Under the pieces are notes generated by a model, which saw only the letters and a program-made list of their open reading frames with translations, ran no database searches and was not told where the DNA came from. Shown piece by piece: positions 15,808-28,247 of a DNA stretch of 64,000 nucleotides. Origin of the DNA: Eledone cirrhosa (taxonomy: Eukaryota). The stretch covers positions 299,584,001 through 299,648,000 of the forward strand of contig OZ024740.1 of assembly GCA_964016885.1 (NCBI GenBank), in the 5' to 3' direction. Every line of letters starts with the position of its first letter. Position 1 is the stretch's first letter. The translations under genes were made by a program, and so were the position numbers.

Positions 15808-16298
15808 CATTATATATAGATCCTCCAGCTTTTAAAATCTCACAATATTCAAATTCCCAACTCGGATGAAAATATTAGTCACTGTGGAACCTTGAACTTG
15901 CTGATAACTACTATAAGTGTTTTTACTGCATTAGTACGCTATTCCTCAAAGGTTGTCCAACGAAGTAAACTATCAGTGCTCCTTCTTTTTCTCTTTCTCA
16001 CAATCCTCTCAGAGTCGTCTCTCTTTCTCCTTTCTCTCTCTCTCTCTCCCTCTCTCTATCTCTCTCTATCTATCTATATATATATGGGCAGGGTTATAAA
16101 ATAAACATGGGATGCACACATAAAGCCGAGCCTCTTCTTTATTATATTGACACTCACCATGATACCTAATGGCTAAGAGCTAATGTAAGCCACATCGTCG
16201 GTCAATTAATTGATCAACCAACGTTCCTTTACTTGAATATATATATTATATATATATATTTGTGTGTGTGTGTTTATCACTGATGAAGGACAAACTTT

Positions 16299-16330
<32 letters not shown>

Positions 16331-16371
16331 CGTTTCTGAATTTGTTTAGCAACATGACCCTCCCAAAGTAT

Positions 16372-16465
<94 letters not shown>

Positions 16466-16479
16466 GTGTGTGTGTGTAT

Positions 16480-16528
<49 letters not shown>

Positions 16529-16579
16529 ATATGTATATATGTGTGTGTGTGTATATATATATATGTATATATATATATA

Positions 16580-17320
16580 TTGTTTGTTTACCCTCGTGAT
16601 CCCTTTATTTACGTGTCCCAACGACTTTTTTTAGCCGTTGTTCGCACCAACCGAAGGTATATGGTCTTTAAAGCGATGAAATGCCTATGATGGTTGGAAG
16701 ATTACTGATGAAGGACAAACTTTTTTCATATGTAACCCATTTGCAACGCTGCAGCTCCATTATTTTCATATATACACATATCATTTTTCCTCTGCTGCTA
16801 CCCGTCTCTTTCGTTCTATGTATCTTTACCCTTTCTAGCAGTCTCTCTGTTAGCCTCTTCCTCACCCTTCACTCACTCTTTCTCTGTCACTACCTCTCCT
16901 CCCCTTTCTTCCCGTTTGACCTGTGTGTAATTCTTTTTCTTCCGCACGCTGGCCAAGCTGGTATGAATTTTTTTTCTCTCTCGTCTGCGATTTCACAGAA
17001 CTTATGTTTACCGAATTCGCAGACTAGACCTCTTCTTCCTCCCGTTAGACCTGTGCGAAATTCCTTCCTTGCTCACATTTCAACCAGGTTTGATGGTCTT
17101 TATTCTCTCGTTCACGATTTCACCGAACTTAAATTCATAGAAATCTGGGACTTGTCTTTTCCTTCCTCACTTTCTGTTGCTTAACCATTTTGTTTGTTTA
17201 CCCTCGCGTCCCCTTTATTTACGTCTCCCAACGACTTTTTTTAGCCGTTGTTCGCATGTTTAGCGATGAAAAGCCTATGATGGTTGGAAGATCACTGATG
17301 AAGGACAAACTTTTTTCATA
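16580..17320 (+). repeat. Local direct duplication (~140 bp at 16580-16730 and 17190-17320) between (TA)n tracts
   Basis: TTGTTTGTTTACCCTCG...CTGATGAAGGACAAACTTTTTTCATAT occurs twice; its 3' end also occurs at ~16277-16305. Confidence 0.75.
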
Positions 17321-17347
17321 TATATATATATTTGTGTGTGTGTGTAT

Positions 17348-17428
<81 letters not shown>

Positions 17429-17449
17429 ATATGTGTGTGTGTGTATATA

Positions 17450-17560
<111 letters not shown>

Positions 17561-17581
17561 AAAATTTTCTTATTTTACGTC

Positions 17582-17627
<46 letters not shown>

Positions 17628-17946
17628 GGAAAAAATGAAACGATATTTCATTTCCCACTCTTAGTGTGCATGTATGTATATATATATATACATGTATGTA
17701 TATATATACATGTATGTATATATACATACTACTGTACGTCGGTATACATATATGTATGTACGTGTACATACTTATATTTAAGTAACAGCCGTACTAAGAG
17801 TGGGAAATGAAATATCGTTTCATTTTTTCCGTTTATCGTTTTCGGTGCACCCGGCCGATTAACCCACTCGATATGCATATTGGGCTACTCGGCCGTCAAT
17901 ATGCATAAGGTAAGTATATACGTTCAACAATCTGGCAGGAAGGTAT

Positions 17947-17989
17947 ACGTTGCTGACGATAGCTAACAAGCTTGAAACTAGTACAGCGT
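17947..17989 (+). ncRNA. Minimal type I hammerhead ribozyme
   Basis: Stem I ACGTTG/CAGCGT; CTGACGA; stem II AGCT/AGCT; GAAAC; palindromic ACTAGT stem III; GUA cleavage triplet. Confidence 0.8.
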
Positions 17990-18192
17990 TCCTTTGTCAG
18001 TGTTGAACAAACGAGCAACGGTGGTTGCTAGACACTACGGCTTAATACGGGATGTTTGTTTACAAACACACCGAGCATTATAATAAATGTTCGGTGAATC
18101 CATACGTGCATATATATATGTGTGCATGTATGTATATATATATATACATACTACTGTACGTCGGTATACATATATGTATGTACGTGTACATA

Positions 18193-18237
<45 letters not shown>

Positions 18238-18378
18238 AGATTCCCAGACCGGGTGATGCATTATGCTCTTGAGCAAGACACTTTATTTTACGTTGCTCCT
18301 TCTACCTGGAGTTGCGACTGATAGATAGTATTAGCAATTGGAAAGACAAATGGAAACATTGTGTCCTCGGTCGACTGT

Positions 18379-18444
<66 letters not shown>

Positions 18445-18611
18445 GTCATGGCAGAAATGTGTGTTACTAGAATTAAGAGCGGTTCGTTGGATAAAGCAGT
18501 CAATGTTCTAACGTGGAGGGTTTATACTCCAGTGTACTCCGGCTGTAACTTGCAGTGTAAATAGAAATAGGCAGGAATGAAATCAAAGTTTCACTATAAA
18601 TTAACTTTATT

Positions 18612-18853
18612 GCATATGGCAATTGTTTCGATATCAATCAGCTCAGATCGATTATGATGTTCGGGGACCGAGTTTTCAACGACAACTCATGAGATACGCA
18701 TTCGTAGGTGCAGAACACATTCTAACTTTCTGAAGAAAATGACTAACTGCACAGGGATTTCGAGAAGAGAAATAGGTAGTGGCTTAACCACTAAAATGCT
18801 AGTCGAAACATCGATCTGCATCAATCAGTCGACCTTCTGAAACGATCGTAAAA
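18612..18853. ncRNA. Two degenerate, divergently oriented hammerhead motifs
   Basis: Minus 18612-18699: GCGTAT-CTCATGA...GAAAC-AATT-GCC-ATATGC (core and triplet mutated, stem I intact). Plus 18727-18853: CTGAAGA...GAAAC-GATC-GTA with a weak stem I. Confidence 0.5.
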
Positions 18854-18918
18854 CAATGAACTAACTAACAACGTACGACTGACTTCTGTTTTTTCTTTAT
18901 TGATTTATGACAACCACG

Positions 18919-18978
<60 letters not shown>

Positions 18979-19849
18979 CACACACACATATATGTGTATA
19001 TATGTATGTATCTATATCAGTTTGTGTGTTTATGTGTGTGAAACTATTTACAGATTTGTCTTGTCTTGGTTTAATTCTGTTATCGTTTAACTTAAGTGTT
19101 AATTTTAAATGTAGATTTCTTTGCTAATCTATTCAGTGATTAGTTTTGTTTTTGGTGCAATTTAGATTGAAGTTTTTATGTTTTTTATACATAATGGTTT
19201 TATTGAATCTCGTTTTCTATGGGATTGGCTAGTCGTTAACCATTAAGTATAATTTTTGCAAGTCTGTTATACTGAAGTTAGTATAATTAAGTATTTACCG
19301 CACTGTAGATAATATGATAATATCTGGTTGCCGCAATTACATAGAAACGAGATCATGAAGACGACGACCGCGTTATGAATAGTGTGTAGGTTTTAGATTT
19401 TATTACATTCTATGGTAATAGGATATAATTTATATTTTGTGGTTAGTGTTTTAACTTTTAACTTTAGTTAAATATGATTTGGTGTCTTTTGTTTATAAGC
19501 TATGAAATATTTGAAATATTTGATGTGTGATGTTGGATTCTTTATAGAATTCCAGTAATAATCAGAGATTTGTCAGCTATCTCCCTTTGTTTGTTGAAAA
19601 AAGAAGTAAGTGACATAGTCACTACTTTAAAACAATAGAGTAAGGTCTTCAAAATGCTTTTAATTAAGCATACAGTGTATTGCAAAATACACTATATATA
19701 CATTCATATATCTATCGCTATTTCAGAGCACCAATCCTAATTTTCAATTTTTGCTGGACCGGCAACCGCTCTGTATAATCAGTTCCTGATTATTACTGGA
19801 ATTCTATAAGAATCCAACATTCATAATTTTCAACAGACAAGATGAGTGC

Positions 19850-19897
19850 TAAGCTCTGAGGAATACCAACAGTATGAAACAGAGATCTGTCAGCTTA
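19850..19897 (+). ncRNA. Canonical type I hammerhead ribozyme
   Basis: TAAGCT-CTGAGGA-ATAC(caaca)GTAT-GAAACAGA(ga)TCT-GTC-AGCTTA: all three stems pair fully, with a GUC triplet. Confidence 0.88.
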
Positions 19898-20021
19898 TCT
19901 CCCTTTGTTTGTTGAAAAAAGAAATAATGACATAGTCACTACTCTAAAACAAGAGCGTAAGGTCTTCAAAATGCTTTTAATTAAGCATACAGTGTATTGA
20001 AAAATACACTTTATATACATT

Positions 20022-20059
<38 letters not shown>

Positions 20060-20060
<1 letters not shown>

Positions 20061-20342
20061 AGGAAAATGTTCAAGACCCCGACGGCAGAGCTCAAGCCGT
20101 TTCTACGGCTATTTGTGGACTAAATTAGAATTTGTATCGTGGTAATAAATAGGTTGGGAGTGAAAAAAGCTATTTATTACCACGCTAAACATTCTAATTT
20201 AGCCCAGAAATAGCCGTCGAAACGGCTTGAGCTCTGGCGTTGGGGTCATGAACATTTTGCTATTACCCACTCTACTACCCTCAGTATTGAGTACTCTGGT
20301 GCGTTATGGTCCATCTGGTTCCTTACCACATTTCCTTCGTTA
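20060..20342 (+). mobile_element. Foldback PLE-pLTR fragment (~95-bp inverted arms + tail); same family as 63020-63222
   Basis: Arms at ~20060-20152 and ~20170-20262. They contain the 3' half of a hammerhead (GAAACGGCT...). The tail CCCACTCTACTACCC..TATTGAGTACT..GGTTCCTTAC matches the reverse complement of 63020-63108. Both sides are (TA)n. Confidence 0.75.
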
Positions 20343-20507
20343 TATATATATATATGTAAATATATATATATGAAGTATTTCCGTAGAAAGGGAAATTTTC
20401 CCATTGTTTTAGTTCATATATATTTTTCTAATTATTCTATTTCAGCTTCGCTTTCAGTTGTAATAGCCTTTGTTTTTAATTTCTTATTTTACATACATAT
20501 TACAATT

Positions 20508-20578
20508 TTCATTCTGATGAACTATTTCAGACGTCTCTGTTGAGCTCCCTTGTCTTCGTGAAACATTTGGTAAATGGA
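20508..20578 (+). ncRNA. Hammerhead motif with a degenerate stem II
   Basis: TTCATT-CTGATGA...GAAAC-ATTTG-GTA-AATGGA; stem I pairs over 6 bp, with a GUA triplet. Confidence 0.6.
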
Positions 20579-20611
20579 ATAATTGCATTGTGTTGTTTAT
20601 TACATAATTAT

Positions 20612-20664
<53 letters not shown>

Positions 20665-20848
20665 GATAAATGTACCAAAATGAACGGTAGTGTCCAATCC
20701 GTATGAAGAACTCAATGTAATCCAAATATAGAAGATATCATGAAAAGATAAAATGCATTTAAAATTTAACGATAAAAATCATAGGAAAAACAGAGTCAAA
20801 ATAAATTAATAAAAACAAAGAACAGGGTCCTCATATTTAAAAAATCAT

Positions 20849-20983
20849 CATTTTACGATCGTTTCTGGGATATATATGTGTATGTTGGTATGTATATCAT
20901 ATTAAAGATCTATGTAAAAAAATATTACAAATTATCAGAGGAGATATACATACCTTCACTTATATATGCCATCTTCAGAAATG
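20849..20983 (-). ncRNA. Type I hammerhead with a greatly extended stem II region
   Basis: The minus strand reads CATTT-CTGAAGA-TGGCATATATA...(~85 nt)...TATATATCCCA-GAAAC-GATC-GTA-AAATG, with a palindromic ACGATCGT stem III. Confidence 0.72.
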
Positions 20984-21704
20984 ATGAAGTATGTGTATTG
21001 AAAGAAAGTATTAATTCAAAAAGTCTGTTTGGGAACAGGTTTTGAATTGACCAATAGAAAAGTCTTAGAAGTGAAGTTGATAGAATAACAGTAGTAGAAA
21101 CTTTATGCTAGGTATGGAGGAATGTAAGTTTATGCTTTGAATGAAAAGAATGGGGAGGAGAAAGGTAGGGGTTAAAATGAGGTCAAGTTAATGAGATAGT
21201 GAAGGATCCCCCCATAAAATTGAAGTTATTAAAGAATGTTGTTAAAAGTATAGGGAAAACAATTTTTTGTGGGATGAGAGTGTTAGTGAGAAATAATACT
21301 CCTGTTTAAATTTTAAGGAACCTAGATACATAAAGGGAAATTAAATTAATTGATAGGTATACTTACAGAGTTAAAATTATATTAATTCTTATGGATGTCA
21401 TAAATAAAGAAGTAAAAAATATATATATATATATAGAAAGACTGAAATAGATGAAATTTTATAAAAATTAGTGTATCTATCTAAACAACCATAATATTAA
21501 AGATATTAATTATATTTACTAAGGTATTGAGTGTGAAATATAGGGGATACTGTTAAAAGAAGTAGTAAGGTTAACGATAACTTTAGGTAAATATGTGTGT
21601 GTGTCTATTTTTAACTCCCATCCTATTACCTTCAACATGTCCAATCTCAAATCTTTTCTCCGCCAGCTCCATTCCACATGAATGGACCTCTTATTTTGAT
21701 CTAA

Positions 21705-21881
21705 AGACATTTTTTCCAATTCCACCCCGCCCGTCCCTTCAATCTATATTATTTCTCATTCTTTCTTCTGATGAAGGACTAGCGCCCGAAACGTTAAGGC
21801 CCTTTTCCTGCTATTTCAAGCGTTAACCTAATATATCCCTTCCATATACTGTACCTATTGTGTTGTTATTTCTGTTTTCCC

Positions 21882-21886
<5 letters not shown>
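21705..21886 (+). mobile_element. PLE-pLTR-like element carrying a minimal hammerhead (21764-21799)
   Basis: TCTT-CTGATGA-aGGAC(tagc)GCCC-GAAACGTT-AAGG. The ~180 bp match 43205-43382. It ends at (CA)n/(TA)n. Confidence 0.75.
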
Positions 21887-21969
<83 letters not shown>

Positions 21970-22297
21970 TTTTTTTATTTTCTGTGTGTGTATGTGACCG
22001 TGTGTGCTTGTGTCTCGGTATGTAGATGTGCTTGAGGATCTGTTTTATTCTTTTAAACTCTCTCGCTCTGTACATCCAATATTTTCTAACTCCACCCCCA
22101 CAACCCCTATTTAGTTCCTCATTTCTCATGCAAAAAAAGAAATACAAATATTTTCGCCACAATAAATAATCTCTTTTACTCGACTCTCTCTAAATCACCT
22201 TTTGCTCTCCAAATTCTAACACCAGTAAACACTTCCTTCCTTCATCCTTACTTTCCTTCTTTCTTACTCAGCCTTTCAATTCTCTCTCCCTTCTTAC

Positions 22298-22387
<90 letters not shown>

Positions 22388-23284
22388 TATATATATATAT
22401 ACATATTGGGATGCAGATGCTTGTAAATACACACTTATTTATACACACACACATATATACACACACACACATATATACATGATTTTATACATATATAATT
22501 ATATATATACACACACACACACATACACATATATATAAATATATATATAATTATTTTCTTTCCTTATCACATTACATTCCGCTTACTTTCAAATTATGTT
22601 TCTTCTATACATCGCTCATATCTCACTAACTCACCTTCTCTCATTTTCTAATCACTCCACGATTTTACCTCTCTACACCCTCTAGCAAATAGTTCGCCAT
22701 CCTTTCTACACATCTCACTTCTCTTCTGTTTTCGAATACGATGACTTCATATTTTTTTTCATTTCGTTCCTATCCTCTCAGTCACCCTCTTTGTGTCTCT
22801 TCATTCTGTCTCTACTTGATTTTAAACATTTCTCTCTCAAATATTCTGTGTCTCTCTTCTTTTCTTACTGTCATTCTCCTTTCACTGTTTCTTTCTTTCA
22901 ATCTTTCTCTCATTTTCTCACTTTCACTCTCTTCGTAGATATTTCTTAGAAAAGATTTACATAGATTTCTTACAGGCGTCACAGATCGATATTTCTTAAA
23001 TCAATCAACTCCAAATGAAATTGATTCGAATTCCACTAAAAGAAAGGACAAAAATGTAAATAACAAGAAAAAATAAAATATCGTATTTTCGCAGATATAC
23101 GTCATGGCTGAGTTCTAACCTTTTTGTAGGTCAGATTTTGATGATAACTAAAGCTTCCATTCTATTGGCTATAAAACTTGTCAGCACTTCAATTTTCGAT
23201 GTTTTTAATGAAGAACTAGACAGTTATATCGTTTCATTTACATCCAAATGCTGTTAGCTGCGGTGAAATAAACGTAAAATAATA

Positions 23285-24120
23285 TTTTTTCTAGTTTTGG
23301 TACAAGGCCAGCAATTTAAAAGAACGTGAAAAGTTGATTAAACTGACCCTAATGCATTACTGGTAATTTATGTGATCAACCCCGTAAAGATTAAAGGCAA
23401 AGGTAATTTCGACGGGATTTGATCTCAGAGAGTATGGGCCGTAATTATATGCTGCAAAACCTGTTGTGCGACGATCTAGCGACGATCTGATACTACTGTC
23501 ACTCGACCACCCTCAAACGTAAAATAATTGTTTCTACTTTTGGCACAAGGCAAGCAATTACCCTATTGTATTATTTTATCGACACTGTAAGGATGAAAGG
23601 CAAAGTTAAACACGGCGGGATTTGTACTCATAACGTAAAGGGCCTTAACTCTATGCTGCAAACCATGGTGCCTGGCGCTTTACCATTATTGCCAATTCAC
23701 CGCCCAATCCCCCAGCTCAAATGTAAAATAATGGTTTCTCATTTAGGCCCAAGACCAACAATTTTTCAAGGAGGGGAAAGTCGATTAATCCACCCCTGTT
23801 CATTACTGGTACTTTATTTTACCAACAACGTAAGGATGAAAGACAAATCTAGCCTTGAGGGGATTTAAAATCAGAAAATAAAGGGCCGTACTTCGATGCC
23901 ACGAAGCATGGGGTTCGAGGTTCTACCGATCAATCGATCACACTAAAACCTAAAATAATAATAATATTAACAATAACAGCAACAACAATAAAATATTAAT
24001 AATAATTGTTTCTAAAAGGCCAGCAATTTAGTGTATGGAAAAATGATTGTAGCGACCACTAGCCCTGTCCTTGACTGGTAATTTATGTAAAGTTTTGATC
24101 GACGGAATTTGAAATCAAAG
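23285..24120 (-). mobile_element. Tandem array of 3-4 SINE family A copies
   Basis: Successive reverse-complement units at ~23285-23515, 23525-23705, 23730-23935 and a partial unit at 24000-24120. Confidence 0.8.
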
Positions 24121-26224
24121 TAAAATTGAGTCGATAAAAAAAAACTGTCGAATTGCGTCGAGTAGATAGCGGATATAGGTATCGGTGAGTGGAATCAGCG
24201 AATGTTGTATTACTGTGTATTTGAAGCAGCTTTGACATTTTGAATGTGCATTATTCCTGTCCAGAATGTGAAATATACAAGTTTATTTCTTTGATGTGTA
24301 GTGATTGTGTGTTAATGTTTCTGAAAGTAACCAGGTTTGATGTTAATGCTTTACAGTAAAACACCAGTTATGGGGTTAGTCATAATTGTTTCTACTTTTG
24401 GCACAAGGCCAGCAATTATGCCAGTGCATTACTGGTACTTCGTGACGTATTGTGTTGTTAAGGTAAATAAAATAGAGTGAAATAAAACAGCAATATCAAT
24501 GATTCCACACTGAGCTCTCTCATTAGAGAATTAGTGGTGTGTTCCTCATGTCCAACGAAATAATAGAATATGAAGGAGACAAAATTTAATCTGGTATAAT
24601 TTAGTGACGCCAAATGTATGATATATCAGAATAAATACATTTAGGAAATACAACGATACATTTTTTTTCTTCTAAAATTCAAATAATTAAGCAGGCAGGA
24701 TTATAGATTATTTTTGAAGTTTTTTCCAACTAAAAGCTTTGTATGAATGAATTGAAATCTCTGAAGGCGAACACGTACTCTGTGTTCTACCACAAAGTAA
24801 CACAATTCGAGATATAAGTCTTAAGAATGAATATTGCTAACAAAATGAAAAGAAAATGTCGGAAGTACTCACCAGAGCATATTCATGAAAAGACCAAAGA
24901 CATTTTGAAAGGAAAGTTTAAGTTTTAATCATTGATTCATTAATGTGTTCTTAGACTAGTTGTTTTGTTCTTATTTTTGTTTATCTATCATTGACATTTC
25001 CCCAAGTAATAGAGAAGCAATTATTCTCTCTAACGGTAGATGTTTGCTAACCTATGCATGGAACGAAATCATATTGATTTTATTGTCTAACATACCTCTC
25101 TACTCCTCCGAACAGAAATCGAGTTAAATGTAGATTCGATAAATGTTTTAAAAGCGGGTTTTATATGCCCGAAAGTCTTAATTACTCAGTAAAATTTGGA
25201 TGCGGTCGAAGATGAAAAGATTCACTCATGTGGCACTCTGCGAAAGCATTCGGAACGTCTTTATGCAGAGGAATTTAACAAAAATGTGTGAATAAAGGCA
25301 ATAACGTCAACAACAATGGTAATAGCAACAACATAAATAAGTACAGCTTTCTACGTTCATTGACTGGAACAGTAATTGCTGGAATGCAATTTCAGGACAC
25401 AAATATCCAAACCTCTAAATGATAGAATTGTTTGAAGGAAAGTTTTATCAGTCGATGTTTTCGGTAAAATTTTATTAGCAAATTCTCTCTTGTGAAACTT
25501 TATTAGCAAATGCTCAAGCTTAAACTGAATTGTTGACAATTAAATAAAATGGACTAAAGTGGGGAGAAGGTATTAAATATAAAACAGGCACTAATAACTC
25601 CTACCTCAAGAGAGTTTCCATGAACGTGAGAAGCAAGAAAAATTAAGACGAACATAAGTGAATAAAAATATACGACATAGATCCTCTGCTAGAGAAATTC
25701 ATTTAGGTGCAGCTTAATCTAATAACTAAAGATGACACAGGGGAACATCTGTGTAGAAGAAGAGATCGGAAGAAGCTCTAGGAAGAATAGGAGAAATATA
25801 ACCGGAAAGCAGGATGTAAGAGTATTTGAAAAAAATAAATATAAATATTAGAGAGGGAGGTCTGAATTGAAATTATTGCTTAGAAATGTCACTAAATCAG
25901 TTCTTTCTACTTCTTGTTGTTTCTATACCATTTTATTTCGTTCTGCATGTCGTCAAGCAGATCCAAAAGTAAATAACATTTTTGATCCTTTTTTTCCTGA
26001 ACTAACTTTAATTTCTTTAGAATTGCTTTCTTATTAGTCTTTTATTTTTCTGGCAACTATCCATTCTTAACAATTGAATTTATTCACTAAACATTTTAAG
26101 CCCATTGAATTGTCTTTATACTTTCTATTTTACGGTAAATAAAAGGCATGTGGACATACTTATATAGGTACTAGTGATCATAAATATCCTTTCTTGTATA
26201 TATATATTAAAGAAAGAATATCTA

Positions 26225-26447
26225 TAGTTGAGAAACCAACAAGTAGGAGACCCAAGGGTAAACCCCGAGCAAGATGGTTGGATAAAATCCATGAGTTTGA
26301 CTGATCACGCTTGGGAATCAAGTAGGATCAGTTGGAGACGGTTGCTTCTGACAGGACCTACTGGAGGGAATCTTTGAAGACTCTGCCCTCCACAACCCTC
26401 TCAGGAATAATGGGAGAAGAAGAAGAAGAAGAAGAAGAAGAAGAAGA
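26225..26447 (+). mobile_element. RTE-clade (Expander/Rex3-like) LINE 3' end with (GAA)n tail
   Basis: Translates SRRPKGKPRARWLDKI...LGI..DQLETVASDRTYWRESLKTLP, followed by (GAA)n. Confidence 0.75.
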
Positions 26448-28022
26448 GAAATTGCGGTTTGACTTGGTTGTCTCTGCTACAAGTATAGATAAATCATCCA
26501 CCAGTAAATTATAGGAATCTAATGTAATATATGTGAAAAATAATATAAATATCAAAATAGTTTGGATTTTATATTCTTTATAATAATTATGATGTGATAT
26601 TTAAGATGGAAGAATCTGACAAGAGAGTAAACACTGCATCCTATAGATTCATAAGTAATGGGATGATGCAAGCAGGATTCTTAAAATCTAACAAAATTTA
26701 TCAAGGACTACTTCGTATAGTAATTTCTTACAGAGTGGGTGACTGGCCATTGTCCGCGGAAATGTATTTGGTACTTTATCAACGGACTGTAGCCGAAACA
26801 TCACTCTGATCTCGGTTTAGAGTCTGTCACCCTCTCCCCCTCCCCCTTTCTTGTTTCTACTAGTCCTTGACCCCACTCACATTTATCGCATTTATAGTCC
26901 TTTCCAATACTGATTTATTTCTCTGTATATTTGTTACATAAACTACAAAATGTTTGGTTTCTATGAAACACAAGGAATGTGAGATTCAAGCGTTGAGAAA
27001 ATATTTTATGGTAAAATTAATTGAAATGGAAATCGAAATGTAGGTGTTGCCATACCATTCTAGGTATGAAGCAGTATTATAAAACACCCTCATTAATCTA
27101 CACTATTGACCTATAGAAGACATGAATACTTCCCTGTCGTAAGTTCCATTTACTTGTCTTCAATAGTTAATAGGTGAAAATTTAACGAAATATTCCTGTC
27201 ATATTACATTAATTATATTTATTGTATCGTAAGCGAAATTTTTAATTGCTAGCATTATGTTAAATCGGAAATAACTGTATAAGTTCAATGATAAACCAAA
27301 ATAAATAAAATACTCAAAAATGAAACTCTCAACAAACCACAGTCTCATAATTAAAGAGATTGTAAAGATTTACATTAAATATTAAAATGTCTTATTAAAA
27401 TATGCATGCATGGTCCCGTAACTCCCGAAAGAGATGTACGTATGCCGTATTGACATATGGCGCCTCTAGGGCATTATAAAACCTGACCGAGCCCAATTCT
27501 CTCCAAGTCTGAATGCAGCAGATTTCTTCTAGAGAGAGATAGAGAGAATGTGAGAATGGAAGTGAGAAAGAGATATAGAGGAAGAATCGACCACAGGACT
27601 AGACTCGTACTATTTTCATCAAACTTGACTGATGAATGGCAAAGTTGACCTCCGTGGGATTTGACCTCAAAGATGGATTAGTTGTTGTTATTTTCGACAA
27701 TCACATGGCTTAAAAAATATAATTTAAAAAGGCTTTCTGGAACAAAAATCCGAATTAGAGGTAGATTGCAGGGTGTATTCGATAATATTGATCATAGTAT
27801 TTGAATGATTTATTTGATAGGTTCGGAAGTGTGATCGGTGAAAGCTAGCTTAGATGAAATTATTCTTTTAAAGTAAAGAGAGCTACTAAATATAGCAAAA
27901 TAATAATTTGTTGATCTACCGATTACTTCTGCTACCCTTCATTCAAATCAGCGAATCGTGGTCACTTCGCCTACTAAACACAGCTTCTTCTTCTTCTTGT
28001 CATTCATAAGTAATTCTAACTA

Positions 28023-28175
28023 AAGGGTAGCCACTGAAAGACTGAATGATATAAAACAAAAATAACTTTTACAAATACATGGTTTTATAATTTAAAAAAA
28101 TTTTAAGCAATTAATTTTTCCCAGTGTTATGTGTGAAAAACAAGGGATGTTCTATAACCTGTTAAAATAAATAGA

Positions 28176-28206
<31 letters not shown>

Positions 28207-28247
28207 AAAAAGATTGAAAACGAACAAATTTTTCAGTGGCCACCCTG
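28023..28247. mobile_element. Tc1/mariner-type MITE
   Basis: TIRs AAGGGTAGCCACTGAAA and TTTCAGTGGCCACCCTG (2 mismatches), each flanked by TA. Confidence 0.7.

Noticed and set aside
16277-17320. CTGATGAAGGAC repeated three times as a hammerhead core
   Set aside because: No downstream stem II closure or GAAA/NUH; at most a truncated remnant.
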